Shown piece after piece: positions 16,394 to 25,241 of a stretch of 52,060 bases of DNA; within the stretch, counting starts at the first letter, position 1; the number at the start of each line of letters is the position of its first letter. Below the pieces are notes generated by a model. That model was not told the DNA's origin. It saw only the letters and a list, made by a program, of their open reading frames with translations, and ran no database searches. The DNA is from a virus (lineage: Duplodnaviria > Caudoviricetes). The translations under genes were made by a program, and so were the position numbers. The DNA is taken from positions 1 to 52,060 of the IMG/VR virus record IMGVR_UViG_3300004199_000001; one strand, 5' to 3'.

Positions 16394-17970
16394 TGGCATT
16401 GATGGACTGGTTTAAAACCAAATTAACCCCGGCTGACGTTAAGGAAAGACAGACGGATTCGCCCAAGACGGCAATCCTGCACCGCGAGTTCGCCGAACAC
16501 CCGTCTCGCGGCCTGACACCGGCTAGGCTCGCCAGCATCCTGCTGGAAGCCGAACAGGGCAGCATGATAGCCCAGGCCGAGCTGTTCATGGATATGGAAG
16601 AAAAGGACGCGCATATCGCCGCTGAACTCAGCAAGCGCAAGATGGCGGTCAAGAAACTCGACTGGGCACTGGCTCCGCCGCGCGATGCCACCGACGCCGA
16701 GAAAAACAACACCAAGCCTTTAGAGAACCTGATCCGCGACGATCTGGACCTGGGCGCGATCCGCATGGATATGCTCGATGCGATCGGCCACGGCTATGCC
16801 TGCATCGAACTGGGCTGGTCACGCAACAAGCAAGGTCTATGGGTGCCGGGTCAGGTCGAGCATCGTCCGCCGAGCTGGTTCACCTGCCCGCCCGATGACC
16901 GCAACACGCTGCACCTGCGCGATTCCGGCACCGCCTATGGCGTACCGTTGCAGCCGTTCGGCTGGATCGTGCATCAGCATAAGTCCAGATCCGGCTATCT
17001 GGCCCGCTCCGGCCTGCACCGGGTTTTAGCCTGGCCGTACCTGTACAAGAACTATTCGGTGCGCGACCTGGCCGAGTTTTTGGAGATTTACGGTCTGCCG
17101 ATCCGGGTTGGCAAATATGCCCCAGGCGCCAGCGATAAGGAAAAGGCCGACTTGATGCGTACGGTGCTGAGCATCGGCCACAATGCCGCCGGCATCATCC
17201 CCGAATCGATGAAGCTGGAATTGCAGCAGGTTATGGCAACGGGCAGCGCTGAATCGTTCAAGGTCATGATCGACTGGTGCGAAGCCAGCCAGAGCAAGGC
17301 CATTCTGGGCGGCACGCTGACCAGCTCCACCGGGGCCAACGGCAACCGCAGCCTGGGCGATGTGCATAACGAGGTCAGGCTGGACATCCGCGACGACGAC
17401 GCCACCCAGCTGGATCAGACTTTGAGCAGTCATCTGGTCTATCCGATCGCCATGCTGAATGGATTGTTTGCCGATAACCGCTGCCCGTCGTTTGTCAGCG
17501 ACACGCAGGAGCCGGACGATCTGTCGCTGTATGCCGAAGCCCTGCCCAAGCTGGCAGCCGTCGGGGCGAGGATACCGACGCGCTATGTGAACCTGAAGCT
17601 GAAAATCCCGGAGCCGGAAGAAGGCGAGGAAATACTGGGCATACCCGCCACCCAACCGCCCCCGGCATTGCCAAATGCCGCGACAGCGACAGCGGCATTG
17701 TCCGCTCTGTCCGATCAGCCCGATATAGACCCTACGCCGGTTACATCCTTGACCGAGCAGCTGACCGAAGAGGCTGGGGCATCGGTCAAGGCGATGGTGG
17801 ATCAGGTGGCCGCGCTGGCGGCTAAAGCAGAATCTCTGGAAGCCTTACGCGACCAGCTATTGGATAGTTACGGGGATCTGGATAGCGGAAGTTTGACCAG
17901 CGTTATGACGCTGGCGTTTGCGGCCGCCGATTTGTCGGGTCGGTTTGATGTGAAAGAGGAAAGTTTATGA
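16393..17970 (+). CDS. Portal protein (Mu gp29/DUF935)
   Basis: HPSRGLTP, EIYGLPIRVGKY, SKAILGGTLTS, LGDVHNEVR. Confidence 0.93.
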   Translation: MALMDWFKTKLTPADVKERQTDSPKTAILHREFAEHPSRGLTPARLASILLEAEQGSMIAQAELFMDMEEKDAHIAAELSKRKMAVKKLDWALAPPRDATDAEKNNTKPLENLIRDDLDLGAIRMDMLDAIGHGYACIELGWSRNKQGLWVPGQVEHRPPSWFTCPPDDRNTLHLRDSGTAYGVPLQPFGWIVHQHKSRSGYLARSGLHRVLAWPYLYKNYSVRDLAEFLEIYGLPIRVGKYAPGASDKEKADLMRTVLSIGHNAAGIIPESMKLELQQVMATGSAESFKVMIDWCEASQSKAILGGTLTSSTGANGNRSLGDVHNEVRLDIRDDDATQLDQTLSSHLVYPIAMLNGLFADNRCPSFVSDTQEPDDLSLYAEALPKLAAVGARIPTRYVNLKLKIPEPEEGEEILGIPATQPPPALPNAATATAALSALSDQPDIDPTPVTSLTEQLTEEAGASVKAMVDQVAALAAKAESLEALRDQLLDSYGDLDSGSLTSVMTLAFAAADLSGRFDVKEESL

Positions 17971-18530
17971 TCTATATCAAATGGTTTTTATTGCTAATTG
18001 TTAATTTGTTTGCCAATTATTTGATTAATTACCCGTTGGCCCCCTTAGTAGTTTTGTTTGCCGATGACAAGGGTTGGCTGCCGAGCTGGTTGTACTGGTT
18101 CCAAACGCCTGACAATAGTCTTGATGGGGATCATGGCTGGCGGACTGAGAATATGCCGTACTTGAAAGAATCAAACCGATACCAACGCTGGGTTAATCGG
18201 TTTAGCTGGCTGCATCGTAATGCGCTTTACGGTTTTTCCGAGCAAGTACTGGGGGTCAAATACTTGGTTTTATGTCAGAGCTTATTTGTTATTGGTGATC
18301 CTTTAGTTGGTAATGGTCCTCCTGGAAAGTCTGGCTTTGTGCAGCGGTATCTGTACCAAAATGGAAAACTGATTGCTTTTCAGTGGTATTACATCCGCCA
18401 GTTCAAATGCTGGCCAGATAAGTGCCTTCGCATTAATGCGGGCTGGAAACTGTGGAGTTGGACGGGAATCGGAACAGGATCGTCGCAATTCGTCTTTTCA
18501 CCTAGCCCATTTATGCATTTTTCGGAATAA
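17967..18530 (+). CDS. AT-rich, Trp-rich membrane-associated accessory protein
   Basis: LPSWLYWFQTPDNSLDGD; inserted between portal and MuF. Confidence 0.7.
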   Translation: MIYIKWFLLLIVNLFANYLINYPLAPLVVLFADDKGWLPSWLYWFQTPDNSLDGDHGWRTENMPYLKESNRYQRWVNRFSWLHRNALYGFSEQVLGVKYLVLCQSLFVIGDPLVGNGPPGKSGFVQRYLYQNGKLIAFQWYYIRQFKCWPDKCLRINAGWKLWSWTGIGTGSSQFVFSPSPFMHFSE

Positions 18531-18581
18531 GCAGATGAAGATTAGATCTACGTTTAATACGGGCGAAGTTACATCTAAATT

Positions 18582-20150
18582 ATGCCGTTAAAACTGTCCC
18601 CCACCCAAACCGCATTTACGCCCCCCAAGGACGGGGGAAGTGCTGGGGTTGCCGGGAGCAACCCCAGTGCCGCGCGCGGCGATGGCAAGTTCAGCCTTCC
18701 GTTCCAGGAACAGGTCGGTTTTTTTCGGCAAAAGCTGAACCTGCCAACCGAGCATTATGACGACATATTGAATATCGCGCATGATCGCGCCTTCGTGGTG
18801 GCGGGCGCGGCTAAGGCCGCCCTGCTGAACGATCTGCGCGGAGCCGTCGATAAAGCGATCGCTGAGGGTAAGAGCATCCAATGGTTCAGAAAGAATTTTG
18901 ACGGCATCGTGCAGCAGCATGGCTGGGAAGGCTGGACGGGCTCCGACACCAAGGCCGGGCGCGACTGGCGCACGCGGGTGATCTACAGCACCAACCTGTC
19001 CACCAGCTACGCGGCAGGCCGGTACTCGCAATTGACCCATCCCGACTTGCTGCAAAGCCGTCCGTACTGGAAATATATCCACAATGACACGGTATCCCAC
19101 CCGCGCCCGCTGCATCAAAGCTGGTCGGGCACGGTGCTGCGCTATGACGACCCGTTCTGGCAGACGCATTTCCCGCCAAACGGCTGGGGCTGCCGCTGCC
19201 GGATCGCGGCGGTACCGGCCAGCGATTACCATGGACACCCCGCGCCGGATGACGGCACCTATGAAAAGATCGACCGCAATGGCGAGATCCATACCCTGCC
19301 CAAAGGCGTCGATTACGGCTGGGACTATGCGCCGGGCGCATCGGTCGTGCAGCAAAACGGCTTTATCGACGCTAAGGCCAAAAGCCTTCCGCCCAAGCTG
19401 GGCAAAGCGTTCAAAGAGGATGTGGGCAGCATCAAGCCCAAGCCGCTGGAGTTTGTGTCCACGCCGAATTTGGCCGAAGCCGAGGACAGAATCAAGGCGG
19501 CCGGTGTTGGCGAGGTCAGCCTTAAAGGATTGAAACCTGCCGAATTCAATGCGGTAGTGCAGGCGGTCGAAGAGGAAAGCGCTTTCGGCGGCTTTAGCCT
19601 GGACAAACTGACCACCTACAGATCAAGCGGGGCAAGAGCCGGAGCGTTGTATTCGCCGAGCAATAACGCCATATCATTGAATCTGTCGCATGTACGCACC
19701 ATCGAGAACCACAAGCTAATGAGCTATGAGGAACAGCTGGTCGATCTGGAGAACTTTGCCGAAGATTTGCGCGCTAACTACCTGGGGAATGTAAAATACA
19801 AACAGTCCACCATCATGGCCCGGCTTAACTCGGTTAATAACCGCGTTTATGCTATTAAGCAAAAGATAAAAGCCAATGAAACGGCCCGCCCTTGGTCTAC
19901 GTCTTCAATGTATGACACTGTGCCGGAAGTGCTGAAATCCCGGATAACTCATGAACTCGGGCACTTTAGGCATTTTAAAACGGTCGGGGAGCAGGTTCAT
20001 TTTGTTTTCAATAAAGCCAATAGCGTTTCCGAATACGGGCGAACAAACAGGAACGAATATTTTGCCGAGTGGTTCGCCAGCTATAGGTTACGCGGCACAG
20101 ACGGCGTTCCAGCCGATTTGCTGGCACTATTTGAGAGGATAAAACCATGA
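18582..20150 (+). CDS. Long MuF (gp30) minor head protein with C-terminal zinc metallopeptidase domain
   Basis: MuF HPR..H, PPNGWGCRC; C-terminal THELGH...SEYGRTNRNEYFAE. Confidence 0.88.
   Translation: MPLKLSPTQTAFTPPKDGGSAGVAGSNPSAARGDGKFSLPFQEQVGFFRQKLNLPTEHYDDILNIAHDRAFVVAGAAKAALLNDLRGAVDKAIAEGKSIQWFRKNFDGIVQQHGWEGWTGSDTKAGRDWRTRVIYSTNLSTSYAAGRYSQLTHPDLLQSRPYWKYIHNDTVSHPRPLHQSWSGTVLRYDDPFWQTHFPPNGWGCRCRIAAVPASDYHGHPAPDDGTYEKIDRNGEIHTLPKGVDYGWDYAPGASVVQQNGFIDAKAKSLPPKLGKAFKEDVGSIKPKPLEFVSTPNLAEAEDRIKAAGVGEVSLKGLKPAEFNAVVQAVEEESAFGGFSLDKLTTYRSSGARAGALYSPSNNAISLNLSHVRTIENHKLMSYEEQLVDLENFAEDLRANYLGNVKYKQSTIMARLNSVNNRVYAIKQKIKANETARPWSTSSMYDTVPEVLKSRITHELGHFRHFKTVGEQVHFVFNKANSVSEYGRTNRNEYFAEWFASYRLRGTDGVPADLLALFERIKP
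18619..18668 (+). repeat. Double-hairpin REP-like repeat, copy 3 (in frame at the MuF N-terminus)
   Basis: CCCCC-AAGGAC-GGGGG-AAGTG-CTGGGGTTGC-CGGGA-GCAACCCCAG. Confidence 0.65.
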
Positions 20151-20311
20151 TCAGTACGCGCTGCATAGCCTGCAAAAATTACTTTGGCGATTTGTCATGC
20201 CAGGCATTCAAGCAGATTCCCGAGGAAATACTGACTGACAAAAACGACCACAGCGAGCCGCTGGCCGATCAGGACAACGATATCGTATTTGAGCCATTGG
20301 GACGCCCATGA
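20147..20311 (+). CDS. Putative immunity protein for the MuF toxin domain (54 aa; not in ORF track)
   Basis: MISTRCIACKN...CQAFKQIPEEIL..NDH; ATGA-coupled on both sides. Confidence 0.7.
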   Translation: MISTRCIACKNYFGDLSCQAFKQIPEEILTDKNDHSEPLADQDNDIVFEPLGRP

Positions 20312-20748
20312 TTAACGTCGAAATAGATACTAGCCAGATCAGCGCCGAATTAAATCGGCTGCTGCAAAGATCAGGCAACCTGTCCCCTGCCCTGCGTGAG
20401 ATTGGCGATATCCTGACCGAATCCACCAAACAGCGTTTTGCCTCCACCACCGGCCCCGACGGTCAGCAATGGGCTCCAAACCCGCCGAGCACGCTGGATC
20501 GAAAACGGGGAAGCCGCCCGTTGACTGATGAAGGCCCGCTGGGCGATACCATCGATTATCAACTCCAGGGCGCAGACGCGCTGTTAATCGGCAGCCCGAT
20601 GGAATATGCCGCGATGCAGCAGTTCGGCGGCACCAAGGCTGAATTCCCGTTCTTATGGGGCGACATTCCGGCTCGTCCGTTCCTGGGCATTTCCTCAGAA
20701 GACCGTAGCGACATTCTCGACAGTCTCACCCAATACCTGCAAAACTAA
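20308..20748 (+). CDS. Virion morphogenesis protein (Mu gpG/gp31, Phage_tail_S family)
   Basis: QRF...GPDGQQW, YAAMQQFGG, IPARPFLG. Confidence 0.9.
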   Translation: MINVEIDTSQISAELNRLLQRSGNLSPALREIGDILTESTKQRFASTTGPDGQQWAPNPPSTLDRKRGSRPLTDEGPLGDTIDYQLQGADALLIGSPMEYAAMQQFGGTKAEFPFLWGDIPARPFLGISSEDRSDILDSLTQYLQN

Positions 20749-20907
20749 AATAAAGCGATTTAAAGTGCTTTATACAATTAACCTACGCCAATCTATGTAT
20801 TTTAGATTTTACCCCCGTTAAATACCCGTTAAATTGAGTTTTATGGCTATTATGAATCACTAGCCAGCATGTAAAACACAGAAAACCGACTGCATAACCT
20901 AAAACCC

Positions 20908-20962
20908 CGTTACGAACCGCTTCACGTTCCTGCCCCGCTCCCGGTTGCCTATCATGCAACCC
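20908..20962 (+). promoter_or_regulatory. Activator-dependent late promoter 2 (CGTTACGAACC ... TATCAT)
   Basis: Same motif and spacing as 11662; upstream of the head protease, like Mu PI. Confidence 0.6.
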
Positions 20963-22111
20963 ATGAGCAAAAAAACATCCATTAACTCTAATCATCCACC
21001 TGCCCAAGTCGGTATCGCCGCCTGTACGTTCGCGCTCGGCGGTTCCAGTGACGGCTCAATGCAATTATTTCCTGCCGGTACTTTTGACGCGCCGCGCGGC
21101 GCATTACGCGGCAAAGGCCCTTGGCGGTTGGATGCCGATTCGGCCAGGCGCTTGATCGGCATCGTCTCGCAACGAAAGAACGATATCGTTGTCGATTATG
21201 AGCATCAATCATTATTGACAGCGCAAAACGGTCAGCCAGTTATCGCTGCCGCCTGGATAGGTCCGCAAACGCTGGAGTGGCGTGAGCCTCCGGCCGCACA
21301 TCCCGGTCTATTTGCAGTCAGCCCGAAATATACCGCCGCCGCGTCAGCTCATATTGCCGCTGATGAAATTCGCTACGTCTCTCCGGTGTTTAGCTATGAC
21401 CCTAAAACCGGCGTAGTGCTGGATATTATCAATGTTGCTTTAACCAATAGCCCCGCGATTGACGGCATGCAAGCCGTAACCGTCGCTGCCGCCAGTCTGC
21501 TGGCATCTGCCCCTTTAACCAACTCAACGGAGTCCGCTATGGATGAAGAATTAAGAGAACGGCTGTTATGGCTGTTTAACCTGCCGACCTTGGCGACAGA
21601 TGCCGACATCCTGGCGGAACTGGACAAGGCCAAGGCATTGATCTCAAGCCCGGACGCTGCGGCAACCAGCTTGCTGGATGTACTGTCCGCCAAAAACGCC
21701 GAGATTGCGGCATTGTCCGTGCAAGTCGGTACCGCCTCCGTCGTCGATCCCACTCAATACGCCCCGATTGCTGTCGTTAATGAACTGCGCGGCCAATTGG
21801 CGGCCTTATCCATCGGTGCGATCGATGACCGCGTGGAAAAGCTGATCGAGCAAGGCGTGGCCGACGGTCGCATCATCGGCGAGCCCGCAAAGGCCTGGCT
21901 GACCGACATGGGCAAAAAAGACCTGGGCGCATTGTCCTCTTATCTGGAATCCGCCCAACCTATCGCCGCCTTAACCCGCATGCAATCCGGCGGCAAGAAA
22001 CCTGTAGACGACGGCACCAGTATCGCCGCACTGTCGGCGGAAGAGATAGTGGTCGCCGATCAATTAGGCCTCAGTCACGAACAAATGATCCAACAACGGG
22101 GAGCTAAATAA
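20963..22111 (+). CDS. Head maturation protease/scaffold (Mu gpI)
   Basis: VVDYEHQ, RYVSPVF, VALTNSPAIDGM. Confidence 0.92.
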   Translation: MSKKTSINSNHPPAQVGIAACTFALGGSSDGSMQLFPAGTFDAPRGALRGKGPWRLDADSARRLIGIVSQRKNDIVVDYEHQSLLTAQNGQPVIAAAWIGPQTLEWREPPAAHPGLFAVSPKYTAAASAHIAADEIRYVSPVFSYDPKTGVVLDIINVALTNSPAIDGMQAVTVAAASLLASAPLTNSTESAMDEELRERLLWLFNLPTLATDADILAELDKAKALISSPDAAATSLLDVLSAKNAEIAALSVQVGTASVVDPTQYAPIAVVNELRGQLAALSIGAIDDRVEKLIEQGVADGRIIGEPAKAWLTDMGKKDLGALSSYLESAQPIAALTRMQSGGKKPVDDGTSIAALSAEEIVVADQLGLSHEQMIQQRGAK

Positions 22112-22524
22112 TGCCTTTATCAGCAGCAAGAAATACCAAAGAACGCCTTGGCGATATTGAAGAGTATCCCGTCAAGGCAGCAACAACCTGTTACCAGGGC
22201 GGTATGGCGGTATTAAACGCCGGTTATGCCGCTCCAGGAACAGCCGCAACGGGCCTAGTTGCCATCGGCCGTTTTGAAGAGACGGCCGACAACTCAGCCG
22301 GTGCAGCCGGCGCGATCAAGGCGCGAGTCAAACGCGGCAAGTTCCTGTTCGCCAATTCTGCGGCAGGCGATGCGATCGCCCAGGCCGATGTCGGCGCGGC
22401 TTGCTACATCGTAGACGATCAAACGGTCGCCAAAACCGATGGTGCCGGATCGCGTTCACGCGCTGGCCATATCGTCGCGGTCGAAACGGCAGGCGTCTGG
22501 GTTCAGATCGGACTTGGCTTGTAA
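22111..22524 (+). CDS. Head decoration/cement-like protein
   Basis: Ala/Gly-rich; ADVG..CYIVDDQTV; between protease and capsid. Confidence 0.7.
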   Translation: MPLSAARNTKERLGDIEEYPVKAATTCYQGGMAVLNAGYAAPGTAATGLVAIGRFEETADNSAGAAGAIKARVKRGKFLFANSAAGDAIAQADVGAACYIVDDQTVAKTDGAGSRSRAGHIVAVETAGVWVQIGLGL

Positions 22525-22551
22525 TCACTAATTATTTAACGGGGAATACAC

Positions 22552-23448
22552 ATGCAAATTACACCCAGTGCCTTGAGGGCATTATCACAAGGCTTTCAGG
22601 CCGCATTCTTAGCCGGAATAGGCGCTGTTGCGTCGCAACGGAATCTGGTGGCGATGGAAGTTCAATCCAAGACCAAGATCGAAAACTATGCCTGGATGAA
22701 AGACCTGCCCGGCATGCGCGAGTGGATTGGCGACCGGATCATCAATAATCTGGAAGCGACCAATTACCAGCTGGTCAACAAGCATTTTGAAAACACCATC
22801 GGCGTAGACCGCGATGATATCGAAGATGATGCATTGGGTATCTACCGCAACCGGTTTTCCATGCAGGGCGAAGTCGCCGCGCAGCATAAGGATTCGCTGG
22901 TTTGGCAGGTACTGTTAGCGGCATTCGCAACGCTCGGTCTGGATGGCCAGTATTTTTTCGATACCGACCATGTCGGCTATGACGCGTCGGGTAATGAAAT
23001 CGCCTACAGCAATACCGGTGGCGGCTCCAGTGCGCCGTGGTTCCTGATGGATTTGTCGCGCACTTACATGAAACCGCTGGTGATGCAACAACGTCAGGAA
23101 GTGCGTTTTGCGGCGCTGGATAAGGATACCGATGAGAACGTAGTCATGAAACGCCAGTTTATCTACGGTGCGGATGCTCGCTATAACGTCGGCTTGGGCT
23201 TTCATCAGCTGGCTTATGGCAGCAAAGCAACTCTGGACGCAGCCGCTTTTGTAGCAGCAAAAACGGCGATGGGAACACAGCGCAGACCAGATGGAAGCAG
23301 CATGAACGTGATGCCGACCCATTTGCTGGTTGGCCCCAGCAATGAGGCAGCGGCCCGCGCCGTCATCGGTGTGCAACAGTTGGCTAATGGGGCGACTAAC
23401 CCCTGGTACAACAACGTAGAAATCAAAGTCATTCCGGCACTGGGGTAA
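22552..23448 (+). CDS. Major capsid protein (Mu gpT)
   Basis: PGMREWIGDR, FENTIGVDRDDIEDD, DGQYFFDTDH. Confidence 0.93.
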   Translation: MQITPSALRALSQGFQAAFLAGIGAVASQRNLVAMEVQSKTKIENYAWMKDLPGMREWIGDRIINNLEATNYQLVNKHFENTIGVDRDDIEDDALGIYRNRFSMQGEVAAQHKDSLVWQVLLAAFATLGLDGQYFFDTDHVGYDASGNEIAYSNTGGGSSAPWFLMDLSRTYMKPLVMQQRQEVRFAALDKDTDENVVMKRQFIYGADARYNVGLGFHQLAYGSKATLDAAAFVAAKTAMGTQRRPDGSSMNVMPTHLLVGPSNEAAARAVIGVQQLANGATNPWYNNVEIKVIPALG

Positions 23449-23454
23449 TCAATC

Positions 23455-23655
23455 ATGCTTCGTATTACATCGAAAAGAGAAGGTTTTAGACGCTGCGGCA
23501 TCGCGCATTCATCCACGCCTACCGAGCACCCCGATGACCGCTTTACCGCCGACGAATTAGAGCGTCTGCTGGATGAGCCGATGCTGTTTGTTGAAGTGTT
23601 GGCGGACAAGCCTGGCAAGGCTGCCACTGCTAAAGAAAAGCAGGCGGATAAGTAA
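23455..23655 (+). CDS. HI1506-like Mu prophage protein
   Basis: EGFRRCGIAH...L.DEPML.V. Confidence 0.8.
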   Translation: MLRITSKREGFRRCGIAHSSTPTEHPDDRFTADELERLLDEPMLFVEVLADKPGKAATAKEKQADK

Positions 23656-24017
23656 TGCTGATTACGGCCTTGCTGACTATTGCCGTGTTGTCCGTCCATG
23701 ACGGTGACACGCTGACCATCAACCTGCCCTGCGAGTTGGCGGCAGTGTGTAGCAAGGTTTCGGTCAGGATCAACGGCATTGATACGCCGGAAATTAAAGA
23801 TCCGCGTCCAGACATGAAGCTATTGGCCCAAAAGGCCAGGTCACGGCTGATCGATTTGACCTCACCCGCTCATAAGGTGGAGATGCAGATCATTGGCCGG
23901 GACAAATATTTCAGGCTGGATGCGGAGATTTATTCGGACGGCGTGCCCGTATCGAAAACGCTGCTCGAAGAAGGCTTGGCGCGGCCATACACGGGAGTCG
24001 GCAAAAAGCCGTGGTGA
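23655..24017 (+). CDS. Thermonuclease (SNase family) with hydrophobic N-terminus
   Basis: HDGDTL, VRINGIDTPE, RDKYFR, LLEEGLA. Confidence 0.88.
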   Translation: MLITALLTIAVLSVHDGDTLTINLPCELAAVCSKVSVRINGIDTPEIKDPRPDMKLLAQKARSRLIDLTSPAHKVEMQIIGRDKYFRLDAEIYSDGVPVSKTLLEEGLARPYTGVGKKPW

Positions 24018-24018
24018 G

Positions 24019-24438
24019 ATGAGCTACTGCACCCAACCGAACCTGACCGATCGTTTCAGTGAGCGGGAGATTATCCAGCTCACTGACCGCTCAACCCCGC
24101 CCTCCGGCACGATCAACACCACGGTGATGAATCAGGCCATCGCGGACGCGGAGGCGGAGATTAACAGTTATTTAACGGGCTACACGCTGCCGCTGGCAAC
24201 CGTACCGGCTAACCTGGTGCGCATTGCCTGCGATATCACCCGTTATTACCTGTATGAAGACCGGGTGATCGAGCAGGTGCAGACCCGCTATAACGATGCG
24301 ATCAAGTATCTGATGCAGGTCGCCAAGGGCACGATCAGCCTCGGGCCAGATACGTCAGGAGAGGTAGCAGCGGTTTCAACAGACAGCGCGCAATTTGAAT
24401 CCAGCGCTTCTGTGTTCGGACGCAGTAATGCTTTCTGA
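24019..24438 (+). CDS. Head-tail adaptor (Mu gp36/DUF1320)
   Basis: MSYCT, AIADA.AEIN.YL, ACDITRY.L. Confidence 0.9.
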   Translation: MSYCTQPNLTDRFSEREIIQLTDRSTPPSGTINTTVMNQAIADAEAEINSYLTGYTLPLATVPANLVRIACDITRYYLYEDRVIEQVQTRYNDAIKYLMQVAKGTISLGPDTSGEVAAVSTDSAQFESSASVFGRSNAF

Positions 24439-25018
24439 ACTGGAACTTGAGCTGATAGCGGCGGTCAAGGCGTCGCCGATTTTCGCCAACCTGCGGGAAG
24501 TCGCGGCGATGCCGGACGACAAGCCCGAGACGCTGATAAAAAAGTTCGCGGCGATGGCACCGGCGGTTTATGTCGTCGCCGGTACCGGGATTATTGGCGA
24601 TCAAAAGGAGAAGCTGCGCTTTGACCTGGTGTGCGTGGCCACCAATTCGCGCGGAAACGATGCCGCCCGGCATGGCGACGGCCAGACCATCGGCCTGTAC
24701 CAGATGCGGGACGCCTTGATTGCGTTCCTGGACGGACACAAAACCACCGGCGCGGCCTGGTATGCCAAAAGCTTTGAATTCGCCAAGGCTCCCGCCTGGC
24801 GCGAGCAAGGCTTAACGGTCGGCAGCTTGCAGCTGGAAACCACGGTGATGCAGGCGGGGATCGACTTAACGACCTTGGACGCTTTTGTCACGTTCCACGC
24901 TGACTATGACGCCGATCCGCACCAGGCGCAGGCTGAGCATGTGAAATGGGCGGAAGAGCCGCCGGATTATACGACCAGCAGGCCGGAACTGACCGACACG
25001 ACCACATTACCGCAATAA
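24428..25018 (+). CDS. Mu gp37-like (DUF1834) tail terminator
   Basis: PAVYV, ARHGDG..IGLYQ; synteny. Confidence 0.8.
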   Translation: MLSELELELIAAVKASPIFANLREVAAMPDDKPETLIKKFAAMAPAVYVVAGTGIIGDQKEKLRFDLVCVATNSRGNDAARHGDGQTIGLYQMRDALIAFLDGHKTTGAAWYAKSFEFAKAPAWREQGLTVGSLQLETTVMQAGIDLTTLDAFVTFHADYDADPHQAQAEHVKWAEEPPDYTTSRPELTDTTTLPQ

Positions 25019-25028
25019 GGAGTTACCG

Positions 25029-25238
25029 ATGAAATTAGGTGAAAAAGTAAAAATTAAGCCGAGCAACGGCATCCAGATACGAAAGCCGGACGGCCAGTTT
25101 TTGGCGGCAGAGGGGGAAACCGTTGTCATCACCAGTTATTGGCTGAGACGTTCGAACGACGGCGACATTGAGCGAGCCGCCGTGCAGGAACAAGCCGCCG
25201 ATATCGCCGAGCCATCCATACCAAAAACCAAGGGTTAA
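25029..25238 (+). CDS. Mu gp38-like (DUF2635)
   Basis: IRKPDG..L..EG..V..SYWLRR..DGDI. Confidence 0.85.
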   Translation: MKLGEKVKIKPSNGIQIRKPDGQFLAAEGETVVITSYWLRRSNDGDIERAAVQEQAADIAEPSIPKTKG

Positions 25239-25241
25239 GCC

